The notes under the pieces were generated by a model. It worked only from the letters and a program-made list of their open reading frames with translations, was not told where the DNA came from and did not search any database. 64,000 bases of DNA, taken from the IMG/VR virus record IMGVR_UViG_2791355130_000003, positions 6,000 through 69,999 of that record. One strand, 5' to 3'. The position numbers were made by a program, and so were the translations under genes. Below are positions 18,104 to 25,785 of the stretch, piece by piece. The number at the start of each line of letters is the position of its first letter. Position 1 is the stretch's first letter. Source of the stretch: a virus. Taxonomy: Duplodnaviria > Caudoviricetes.

Positions 18104-18186
18104 CTTCGTCTCTTTCGGTGGTAGGGCTTTGGACAGGTCCAAATGTAAATCCGGTGAACTTCTCAAGCAACCAAAATGACACTGTG

Positions 18187-18205
18187 TGTTACCATTTTGG
18201 TAAGG
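18187..18205. promoter_or_regulatory. Operator-like palindrome
   Basis: TGTTACCATTTTGGTAAGG in an AT-rich spacer upstream of the DUF488 gene. Confidence 0.6.
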
Positions 18206-18210
18206 TTGCC

Positions 18211-18660
18211 TCACCGGTACATCTGCATTAGGTATGGGTTCTCTCCAGCGCCTTCGGGCGCTGTCCTGTGGTAGGGATGGAGAGGAAGGCCGATCAGGGG
18301 CAACCCGGTCGGCCTTTGATATTTTCGGCGTGGCTGTGGCGCCTCGAAGCGCACTTCGGGATAATTGACCCACGCCGTCACCGTCTCGAAACTGATGGCG
18401 CGCGGCAAGCTCTTGACGTCGTCGAGCAGCGTTCGTCCTGCCAGGATCCCATTGCCCGCGAACTCGGCGCCCGAGCGGAAAAACTGGAACGTCCTTCGCC
18501 ATGGTCCGGTTGAGAGCCAGAGGTCCAGGCCCGGCGCCAACTCCACGCGGTCGAGGCTGTCGCTCTCAAGAAGTTCGCAGAAGAGCTGGTGCCCCAGAGG
18601 GCGCGGCGTCTGGTAGTCAATGGCGCGCCGGAGTGTGGAATCGATCAGGATGAAGCGCAT
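18211..18660 (-). CDS. Hypothetical protein
   Basis: MRFILIDS start; FAGNGILAG motif. Confidence 0.55.
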   Translation of the reverse strand: MRFILIDSTLRRAIDYQTPRPLGHQLFCELLESDSLDRVELAPGLDLWLSTGPWRRTFQFFRSGAEFAGNGILAGRTLLDDVKSLPRAISFETVTAWVNYPEVRFEAPQPRRKYQRPTGLPLIGLPLHPYHRTAPEGAGENPYLMQMYR

Positions 18661-19001
18661 TGCAGTTCTCGTGCCTCGAGGCGTTGGTTGATGGTGGGGA
18701 GCGTCTCGCTGGCGAACAATTCGAGCCACCACTTGATCAACTCGGCCTGGTAGCGGTCGTCGGCCGCACGATGGCGGGGCTCGCGTAGCTGTCGCTCGAT
18801 CCAGTCAAGCCGGTCGCGAAGCTCCGGCCGGTAGAGCAGATTGCGGAATGCATCTGCGAGCCGCATGTCCAGCGCGTAATCCCCGGTGCAGCCGAGGGGC
18901 GACCAGTCGCTATGCCAGGACGACCACATCTCGAGGGCCTGGCTGATGGTGGGGAGCCGGCGCCGCCGCTCCTCCTCGTCTTCTGGTAACGGGCGAAACA
19001 C
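18645..19001 (-). CDS. Hypothetical protein
   Basis: GTG start after the leader motif. Confidence 0.65.
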   Translation of the reverse strand: MFRPLPEDEEERRRRLPTISQALEMWSSWHSDWSPLGCTGDYALDMRLADAFRNLLYRPELRDRLDWIERQLREPRHRAADDRYQAELIKWWLELFASETLPTINQRLEARELQCASS

Positions 19002-19036
19002 TTTTGGACTCCGTGGTAGGGATAACGATCCTATGA

Positions 19037-19055
19037 TGTAACCAATTTGGTTACA
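19037..19055. promoter_or_regulatory. Consensus operator palindrome
   Basis: TGTAACCAATTTGGTTACA. Confidence 0.8.
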
Positions 19056-19066
19056 ATATGGTCAAG

Positions 19067-20632
19067 CTAAAAGTAATTTCTGCGGCCGTCCTTCCATAGC
19101 TTGACCGTGACGGTGTTCACGTAGGTCCCGACCTCGGCGAAGGATCCGTGCGGCAGATCGCGGAACTGGCCGTTCAGCCTCTCGATCAAGGCCCGGAAAG
19201 CGATGGCCTTGCGAGTTTCGCGAAACTCGGTGCCGGCCGACATGATGGCGGCGAGGCACCCGCCGTCTTCCAGGAAGTCGAGGGCGTGCACCACATGGTC
19301 GATATCGCGTTCCATGTCGAACGGCGGGTTCATGATGATGCGATCGTATTTTCCCGTCACGGAGGGCCGCAGCGCCAGGAAGTCGGCGGCGTACACCTTG
19401 CGGAATGTGCCCTGCGCCTCGAGCGCGGCGGCGAGCGCTGGCTGGAGCTCCACGCAATCGACCTGGTTGTCGAAGCGGTATTCCTTGCGCCAGCGGTCCA
19501 TACGGGCCTCGTCCCCGTAGCCGTAGTGATCGGCGAAATCCTTGATGCTGGTGAGGCAGCGGCGCGCCAGATTGCCGGTGCCGGCGCTGGGCTCCAGGAT
19601 CCGTAGGCGCGGCTTCTCGATCGGCTGGAGGAGGGGGATACCTTTGAGCAACTCCTCGGCCGCGGCGTCGGGCGTCGGGAAGAAACCGAAGTTCTTCGCC
19701 GGCGTGGTCTTCCGGTTGCGGAACAGATCGTCCTGCTCGCGCGTCTGGCCGTCGCCGATCACCTCGCCATAGTATTCGGCGAGCATCTTGTTGACCCTTT
19801 CCACCAGGTCGTCACGCGTGAACCAGAGATGCGCGTTGCCGTTCTTGTAGGCGACGATCCTGAAATACTCGCCGCGATGTTCGGACTGCTGAGGCTGGAA
19901 GCCCCTGCGCTCGGCGCGCACCACGTTCTCGATGCTGTTGTAGGACGGCTTCTTGCCGTCGAGGACAGAGAAGGTGCGTTCGATATCGCGCACGGTGTCC
20001 CAAGTGCCGCCCCACGAAACGTGGCCGTGGTCGCGGTCGAAGGCATAAGTCAGGATCATGCGACTGCCGACCTTGAAGCCGTCGTGAGACCGGAACCGGC
20101 GATCCAGCTTGGAGAAGGCCGTCGCTATGCCGCGCCGGAAGATCATCTCGGATTCGCCGGCCCACTTCTCGATAGTGGCGTACACGTTGTCGACCGTGAC
20201 CGGGGGAATCCCCATGAGCTCGTCGAGGTTGACCAGCTCCTTGCCGTCGCCGCGGTCATAGCGCTCCGGCACCCACCTCAACGTGTCGCGCAGCTCGTCC
20301 TTGGCCTGCTTGTCCATGAGGACTTCAAGGTCCGTCATCTTCACCAGATAGTGCCAGCACGAGATGTCGATGAGACGGATGGCGGTACGCTTCCACTGCT
20401 CGGCGTCAGGCAAATCGACGGCCTCGAAAAAAGCCCTCACCTCGCGGTTGTCGCGGTCGCCGTACCTGGAGCAGGCATGCTCGCCAGCGGCCGCCTTCCA
20501 GAGAGCGGCCGCCTTTTTCAATTCCCGATCAGCCTGCTGGATCGAGGCGAATGCGCCATGATAGGCGGCCACGGCTGCATCGCGATAGGCGACGATCTGC
20601 TCGATCGTGTTGCGAGGGATCAGCGCGTTCAT
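19067..20632 (-). CDS. DUF4942-domain DNA methyltransferase
   Basis: YFRIVAYKNGNAHLWF (DUF4942-like); FFPTP, LEPSAGTGNL, MNPPF, F.EVGT.V.T. Confidence 0.88.
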   Translation of the reverse strand: MNALIPRNTIEQIVAYRDAAVAAYHGAFASIQQADRELKKAAALWKAAAGEHACSRYGDRDNREVRAFFEAVDLPDAEQWKRTAIRLIDISCWHYLVKMTDLEVLMDKQAKDELRDTLRWVPERYDRGDGKELVNLDELMGIPPVTVDNVYATIEKWAGESEMIFRRGIATAFSKLDRRFRSHDGFKVGSRMILTYAFDRDHGHVSWGGTWDTVRDIERTFSVLDGKKPSYNSIENVVRAERRGFQPQQSEHRGEYFRIVAYKNGNAHLWFTRDDLVERVNKMLAEYYGEVIGDGQTREQDDLFRNRKTTPAKNFGFFPTPDAAAEELLKGIPLLQPIEKPRLRILEPSAGTGNLARRCLTSIKDFADHYGYGDEARMDRWRKEYRFDNQVDCVELQPALAAALEAQGTFRKVYAADFLALRPSVTGKYDRIIMNPPFDMERDIDHVVHALDFLEDGGCLAAIMSAGTEFRETRKAIAFRALIERLNGQFRDLPHGSFAEVGTYVNTVTVKLWKDGRRNYF

Positions 20633-20769
20633 GGCTTCGCCTCAACCGGCTTGGCGCTCACGGCGGCGTGCATCTTCTGGAAGGTGAAGACGTCCTTGCG
20701 CTCGATGACGATCTCGTAGCGCTTGCTGCCGTCGGGCAGCGTGAACTCGTATTCAACTGGCTTGGTCAT
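20629..20769 (-). CDS. 46-aa protein (below the ORF-track cutoff)
   Basis: MTKPVEYEFTLPDGSKRYEIVIERKDVFTFQKMHAAVSAKPVEAKP; leader motif upstream, ATGA-coupled to the MTase. Confidence 0.7.
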   Translation of the reverse strand: MTKPVEYEFTLPDGSKRYEIVIERKDVFTFQKMHAAVSAKPVEAKP

Positions 20770-20847
20770 TGGTCTGGTCTCTGTGGTAGGGATTGGTGGG
20801 CGACGGGACCTCTCCCGCCGCCCTATCGAAGGGATCGTTTGTCTCTC

Positions 20848-21000
20848 TCAGTGCATCGCGCCTCCTTCTGCTGGTGCGTCAGCTTCCACGTCCGCTTCGG
20901 CCGCCTGGAGGTCGGCGAGCCGGTCGCGGCAGGAAGGGCAGCGGCAGCTTTCACTGCTGTCGAAGGGAAAAGGGGTTAGGCAGTCGTCGCAGTAGGGCAT
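20848..21000 (-). CDS. 50-aa Zn-ribbon protein
   Basis: MPYCDDC...CRCPSC; leader motif upstream. Confidence 0.65.
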   Translation of the reverse strand: MPYCDDCLTPFPFDSSESCRCPSCRDRLADLQAAEADVEADAPAEGGAMH

Positions 21001-21040
21001 CGTTTCAACCGTGGTAGGGGAAAACCTTGTAACCACAGTA

Positions 21041-21069
21041 ACTTAGTCTGTTACCAATTTGGTTACAAT
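21041..21069 (-). promoter_or_regulatory. Promoter ATTGTA-N17-CTAAGT with operator (21049-21067)
   Basis: TGTTACCAATTTGGTTACA plus a half-site at 21028. Confidence 0.75.
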
Positions 21070-21123
21070 GCAACCACGGACAAAAAGTCGTGTTCGCCCA
21101 AGTGCGGTTGTCGGGAGGCGGCT

Positions 21124-21270
21124 CTAGCCGTCGCGATCACGCTTTTCGCGGCTGTAGTCGATGGCCGCCCAGATGACACAGCCGACGGCGACCAACACGC
21201 CCAATGTGCGACTGGCGGTGAACGCCGAAATGACCAGGATCAAGACGTATGCGAGTGCGCCGGGTGTCAT
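21124..21270 (-). CDS. 48-aa membrane peptide
   Basis: MTPGALAYVLILVISAFTASRTLGVLVAVGCVIWAAIDYSREKRDRDG, read manually. Confidence 0.5.
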   Translation of the reverse strand: MTPGALAYVLILVISAFTASRTLGVLVAVGCVIWAAIDYSREKRDRDG

Positions 21271-21291
21271 GTCTTTCAAGGGTTGGTCCTT

Positions 21292-22155
21292 TCAAAAGGC
21301 GAATGCGAATTGGCCGGAGGCTTCCTGTCTGGAAGCGACCCCGAGGGGACGGAGACCGGGTAGGGCAGCGATGAAGCCGCCCGGCTGGTAGGCGGGATCA
21401 TTGCGGCGCTCCTCACGCAGACGGCTATCGTCAGCGTCGTGCCGCTTGTTGCCCTGCCAATAGGCAAGGCCGAAAGGCGGGTTGTGGAGCTTGCATTTTG
21501 CGGCCGTCTTGCCGTGATGATCGATAAGCAGGTTCTGCTCCATCACGATCGTCAGCATCTCGTCGACGGTCATTGCCTCCTCGACGAACCAGCGTTCGCG
21601 GGAGAGCCCGCCGCCGGTGAAGGATCGGTAGCCGGTCTCGCTGAAAAACGGCTGATCGAGGTCGATCACGCGACCGTCGAGGCCGACGCCGCCGAAGACG
21701 CCCGGGTAGCGCACGTCGGTGCGGCAACCGTGAATGGTCAGCATGAACCGCCCGGGCTGGCCGTGCATCGGGATTTCGCCATCGGGCGCGGCCAGTTGTT
21801 TGCCGAGCCAAGACGACGCCGAGTTCCAGCAGTTGAAGCGGGAGCGGCAGCGCGGGGGCCAGGAACGGCCGGAACCGTCCGCGCGCTCCTCCCGGCCGCC
21901 GTATTCCTCAATCCGGTAGAGCGTCTCGACACATGCCTCGATCACTAGCTCGTAGGGAAGGCGGCCGGGCTTGTCGCAGGCCATCATCGCGGCGTGGTAG
22001 TGGTGGAGGGCTTCCCGAGCGATTCCGACCAGATATTCATCGGACCCGTCGCGCAGCATGGCGACATTCTCGGCGATCTCCTGACCGCGTTTCTCGGCCT
22101 CGATCTGCCAAGCGTGCTTCTTGGCTGGTGCTTTCGCCTTGGCGGTCTTAGCCAT
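21292..22155 (-). CDS. KlcB-like protein (plasmid kilC-type)
   Basis: YHAAMMACD, AAPDGEIPMHGQPGRF, DLDQPFFSETGYRSF motifs recalled from KlcB. Confidence 0.55.
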   Translation of the reverse strand: MAKTAKAKAPAKKHAWQIEAEKRGQEIAENVAMLRDGSDEYLVGIAREALHHYHAAMMACDKPGRLPYELVIEACVETLYRIEEYGGREERADGSGRSWPPRCRSRFNCWNSASSWLGKQLAAPDGEIPMHGQPGRFMLTIHGCRTDVRYPGVFGGVGLDGRVIDLDQPFFSETGYRSFTGGGLSRERWFVEEAMTVDEMLTIVMEQNLLIDHHGKTAAKCKLHNPPFGLAYWQGNKRHDADDSRLREERRNDPAYQPGGFIAALPGLRPLGVASRQEASGQFAFAF

Positions 22156-22648
22156 TGCCGTACCTCGGAAGTTCTGCGAGCGACGAGAGGGGCGGCAACC
22201 CCATGCGCTCGCGAGATCGGTTGATGATGGGGAGAGGGTCGAAACCCTTGACGCCCGGACCTCGGTAGACCCATGGCGGGTTCTCCGGGTCGAGCCGGCC
22301 GACGTCGTAGCTGTGGAGCATGTCGGCGAAATATTCCGGCGTGCCCGGGTAGGGAGCGCTATTCCAGAGTGCCCGCAGGATTTTCCGGATGTTGTCGCCG
22401 TAGGCGAAAAGCCGGCTCCTTGCACGACGCCAGTTCGCGGCGCGGCGGTCGCGAGTATTCTGCTCCCAGATCACCGCTTGCTCGGCGCGCTGCGCCATAA
22501 CGGTGTCGGCGTCTGGCTGCTCCTCTGCGATCATCTCGGAAAAGAGCGGCAGTTTCTCTCGCTCAAGGCGCTGCTTTCGGGCCAAGGCGAGCCGCTTTCG
22601 CCTCGTGTCTTCGAACGGGCCATATCGGCGTGTCCGGAAGTGGCGCAT
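22148..22648 (-). CDS. Conserved hypothetical protein typical of plasmid leading regions
   Basis: PFEDTRRKR...RKQRLEREKLPLF...WRRAR...YPGTPEYFADMLH. Confidence 0.65.
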   Translation of the reverse strand: MRHFRTRRYGPFEDTRRKRLALARKQRLEREKLPLFSEMIAEEQPDADTVMAQRAEQAVIWEQNTRDRRAANWRRARSRLFAYGDNIRKILRALWNSAPYPGTPEYFADMLHSYDVGRLDPENPPWVYRGPGVKGFDPLPIINRSRERMGLPPLSSLAELPRYGNG

Positions 22649-23382
22649 CAGAGCAACCTCCCCTCGGCCACCTGCCAGACGCCCTCGCCTAGCGGTTCGA
22701 ACGGACCGCGCTGTAGGGTCTGGCGGACCTTCGCCTTCCAGTTCGGATTGCGTTCGGACTTCGGATTCTCGGCCAAGGCGCGGTAGAGATCGTCGAGCCG
22801 CACGGCCGCGCCGGCGCGCTGCATCACCTTCAACACCTCGTCGACCCACGAGCCGACGGAGGCAAAGCCGAAGATCAGCGAGCGCAGGCGCAGCGGCACG
22901 AAAGCGCCGGGAATGCCGCTGGCCGCAAGGCGGTCAGCATCGTCGGCGCCATAGGCGCAGAACACCGACGGCGCGCCGGCATTGGCCTTTGCTCGAGTCC
23001 CTGCGGCATCGTGGAAATGCAGCCGCCCTTCCATGAACAGCAGCGCATCGGCCGCGCGCCAGACGCACTCGTGGAACACCTGCGTTTCGGTGCGGGCGAA
23101 GATCAGCGCGATTCCATGGGCGTGCTCGGCCATACGGCCCATCCAGCGGCCGATCACGTTGTTCGAGTATGGCGGGTTGAGCCACACGCGACCGTGCCAG
23201 GGCCGGGCTAGACCGTTGTCGGCGATGGTGTAGTGCTGGCGCGCCATGTCCCACGGCCGATCGAGGGGAGCGCAGGGATCGAGGTCAAAACTCTCGGCGC
23301 CACCGAGCGCGGCCAGGAGGGCGGGAGGGGTCAGCCAGACGTCGGTGCCGGCCGCCGCGGACTGATGGCTACCGATGGGCAT
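22648..23382 (-). CDS. Phage N6-adenine methyltransferase (Dam family) with C-terminal winged-helix-like tail
   Basis: DVWLTPP, FDLDPCA, DNGLARPW.GRVWLNPPYS, ALIFARTET. Confidence 0.9.
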   Translation of the reverse strand: MPIGSHQSAAAGTDVWLTPPALLAALGGAESFDLDPCAPLDRPWDMARQHYTIADNGLARPWHGRVWLNPPYSNNVIGRWMGRMAEHAHGIALIFARTETQVFHECVWRAADALLFMEGRLHFHDAAGTRAKANAGAPSVFCAYGADDADRLAASGIPGAFVPLRLRSLIFGFASVGSWVDEVLKVMQRAGAAVRLDDLYRALAENPKSERNPNWKAKVRQTLQRGPFEPLGEGVWQVAEGRLL

Positions 23383-23623
23383 GGCGCGCCTCCTCGGTCA
23401 GCCTGCGCAGCACGTCGCCGACGCTGCTGATGGAACTCTCCAGCCGCGCCTCGTCGAGCTCGGCCAGATCGATCTTGGTTTCGTTCCCGTCTTCATCGAT
23501 CATCGTGAAGACGCTTGCGGTGGAGTCCGGCTTGCGCAGGATATCCCACGCCCAGCGTGCGGCCGCTTCGGGATCGCCTTCGCCCTCGTAGTCGATCTCC
23601 CATGTGACTAGATAGCGGGCCAT
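23369..23623 (-). CDS. Hypothetical protein (YLVTWEID motif)
   Basis: Coupled ORF. Confidence 0.7.
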   Translation of the reverse strand: MARYLVTWEIDYEGEGDPEAAARWAWDILRKPDSTASVFTMIDEDGNETKIDLAELDEARLESSISSVGDVLRRLTEEARHAHR

Positions 23624-23991
23624 CAGCGCTGCTCCCGCTTGAGCATGTCGCGCGCCGCTCCGCGCGCCATGGGTCCGTCGCCGAAAGCGCCGTCTGCGAT
23701 CTCTTGTAATTCAGCAGTGCGCGGGTCAGGTCCGTCGCAGGCGTCTTCCTCCTCTTCGTCCACGTCCTCGCGGGTGAGCTGGTCGAACGTCCACTCGTCG
23801 CCCTCCTCGTCGAGGAAGACGATCTTGCCGTTGCGCTTGGCGGTCTGGATATCGTTCCAGAAGATTTCGGTGCCGCCGGCGTATTCCGGCTGGCCCGTCT
23901 CCGGGTCGATGTCGCTGATGTGAGCGCGGCCGGTCAGCCGCTCCAATGTTCCGGTGATCGGGCTTCCGGTAGGTGATAGGTAGTTGGCCAT
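23623..23991 (-). CDS. Acidic hypothetical protein
   Basis: MANYLSPTG start after the leader motif. Confidence 0.7.
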   Translation of the reverse strand: MANYLSPTGSPITGTLERLTGRAHISDIDPETGQPEYAGGTEIFWNDIQTAKRNGKIVFLDEEGDEWTFDQLTREDVDEEEEDACDGPDPRTAELQEIADGAFGDGPMARGAARDMLKREQR

Positions 23992-24120
23992 GGTCTCTGA
24001 TCTCCGTGGTAGGGGATTGTTGCCAAAATGGTTGCGAACGCCGCTTGACAAAAAGCCGGGGGGAGAGGCAGAAATCGCGCAGCCTGATATTGCTTCGCGA
24101 TTCGGCCGGTCCCTGAAAAA

Positions 24121-24372
24121 TCAGTTGGTGTTGAAGCCGTCCGGCGAGGGCTGAATGCCAGCCTCTTTCGCCACAAAGCCCACGACGTCGAGCACGTCGT
24201 CAGAGCTTAGTTTCTCAATGGTTTCGGCGAAGCGCCGCTTGAAATAGGTCTGGTGCTCGGCACCGGCGTAGCGGGCCAAGCCGATGGCAGCGGCGAAGGT
24301 GATCGCTTCCAGGCGAGCGCCGCCGAAGCCGGACTTCTGATGAAGGCTGGCCGCGAGGTCGTTGAGGGTCAT
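24121..24372 (-). CDS. Hypothetical protein (first gene of the leftward cluster)
   Basis: Leader motif and tandem operators upstream. Confidence 0.65.
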   Translation of the reverse strand: MTLNDLAASLHQKSGFGGARLEAITFAAAIGLARYAGAEHQTYFKRRFAETIEKLSSDDVLDVVGFVAKEAGIQPSPDGFNTN

Positions 24373-24396
24373 TGGTCGGTGATCCGTGGTAGGGAA

Positions 24397-24434
24397 AGTA
24401 ACCGTTCTGGTTACAAGTAACTTATTCGGTTACA
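24397..24434. promoter_or_regulatory. Tandem operators at the divergent accessory/packaging junction
   Basis: AGTAACCGTTCTGGTTACA followed directly by AGTAACTTATTCGGTTACA. Confidence 0.7.
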
Positions 24435-24471
24435 CCTCCGATGCAAGTGAAAAAGTGAGGCCCTCGGCGTT

Positions 24472-25785
24472 ATGTTTCAAGGCGTTGTGCCGAAGGAATG
24501 CATCGCGCAAATCCTTCGCGTGTCTGAGGTCGACAAGTGGGGCCGGGTCTATAATTGCTGCTCCGGAACGTTCCGGTTCGAGCAGATCACCCTCGCCACT
24601 TTCCCCGGCGTTGAGATGCACTCCAACGACGTCAGCCTCTACTCGTCAGCCATCGCCGGTTACGTGCTGGGCAAGCCGATAGACTATGAGTTTCACGGCG
24701 CGCTCGACTTCGTGAACGAGTTCGACTTTCGGGAGCCCGATCAGCGCCTCGCCGCGCTGGCCGTCGGCTTCAATCTCGGCCGCTTCGCTGGCGGCAAGGC
24801 GAACGCCTACAAGACCAGCCATCGCGAGCACCTGGTTGCGAACTTCGCCAGCTATGTCGAGCGCACCCTGGACAAGGTCCGCAAGCTTCCGGGCATGATC
24901 CCGATCAAGAGCTATTCGCCGCGCGACTGGATCCTGCATCTCGAGGAGGCGATCGACCGCAAGGCCGCGATCTTCTCCTACCCGCCGTTCTACAAGGGCG
25001 GCTACGAAAAGATGTTCGAGTTCCTGGCCGAGAACATCAGATGGGAAGCTCCCCGATATGAGCTGTTCGACCCCAAGGCGCTGCGCGGTCTCATCGAGCG
25101 CGTGCGGCAGGCGGGCGTCCCCTATTGCATCCTCTCGGACCAGATTTACGACGATCTGAAACCGGAGTTGGAATTCGTCTCCGGCCGGGGCCACCCGCAC
25201 TACTGCTACGTGTCGACCGGCAAGTCGTCCTACCTGCAGCTCGTGCCGCGGTCGGCCCCGTTCCGCTACAAGCCAATCGACCTCGACAAGATCAAGCCGG
25301 ATTCGGTCGTGACGATTGGCCGGGCCGACGCTGCCCAGATGACGTTCCTCAAGGACGTCTACCTCAAGAAGGGCATCACCCACACACCCGGCATGGTGAA
25401 CTACCTGGTGCGCGTCGACGACATGCTGGTCGGCGGCCTGATCTACAACCTCGACAAATTCGCGAAGCGGTCGATTTACCTGCTGTCCGACTTCGCCATC
25501 TCGCGCGAGGGCAGACTGTCGAAGCTCGTCACCAGGCTCGCCTGCAACGGCGAGCTGCTGCGCGACATGGGCAAGCGCTTCATCGACCGTTTCGACAAGG
25601 TGCAAACCTCGGCGTTCTCGGACCATCCGGTATCGATGAAATATCGCGGCATCTTCGAGCAGACCAAGCGCGAGGAGATCGACGGGCCGGAAGGCAAGTT
25701 CCGCCTGCATTACGTCGGCGCCCGCATCGACGAGACGCCGCAACAAGCGTTCGAGTGGTGGTATGGCAAGCACTTCAAGCGTTGA
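24472..25785 (+). CDS. Putative DNA modification enzyme: divergent adenine-MTase-like domain plus GNAT-like C-terminus
   Basis: CCSGTF..EQ, SNDVSLYS, FSYPPFYKGGYEK (motif IV-like); C-terminal YLVRVDDMLVG...YLLSDFAI...RLSKL. Confidence 0.6.
   Translation: MFQGVVPKECIAQILRVSEVDKWGRVYNCCSGTFRFEQITLATFPGVEMHSNDVSLYSSAIAGYVLGKPIDYEFHGALDFVNEFDFREPDQRLAALAVGFNLGRFAGGKANAYKTSHREHLVANFASYVERTLDKVRKLPGMIPIKSYSPRDWILHLEEAIDRKAAIFSYPPFYKGGYEKMFEFLAENIRWEAPRYELFDPKALRGLIERVRQAGVPYCILSDQIYDDLKPELEFVSGRGHPHYCYVSTGKSSYLQLVPRSAPFRYKPIDLDKIKPDSVVTIGRADAAQMTFLKDVYLKKGITHTPGMVNYLVRVDDMLVGGLIYNLDKFAKRSIYLLSDFAISREGRLSKLVTRLACNGELLRDMGKRFIDRFDKVQTSAFSDHPVSMKYRGIFEQTKREEIDGPEGKFRLHYVGARIDETPQQAFEWWYGKHFKR

Larger units (their letters stand above)
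14331..24395 (-). repeat. Dispersed start-associated leader motif (T/C)CCCTACCACGGAGA, 11 copies
   Basis: Copies at 14331-14345, 14631-14645, 16572-16586, 17220-17234, 18117-18126, 18265-18277, 19008-19022, 20778-20792, 21009-21020, 24001-24015, 24383-24395; ten lie immediately upstream of a start codon. Confidence 0.9.

Noticed and set aside
14331-24395. Leader-motif repeats as a CRISPR array or integron attC array
   Set aside because: Repeats are only 10-15 nt, irregularly spaced by whole genes and non-palindromic; no cas or integron integrase gene is present.
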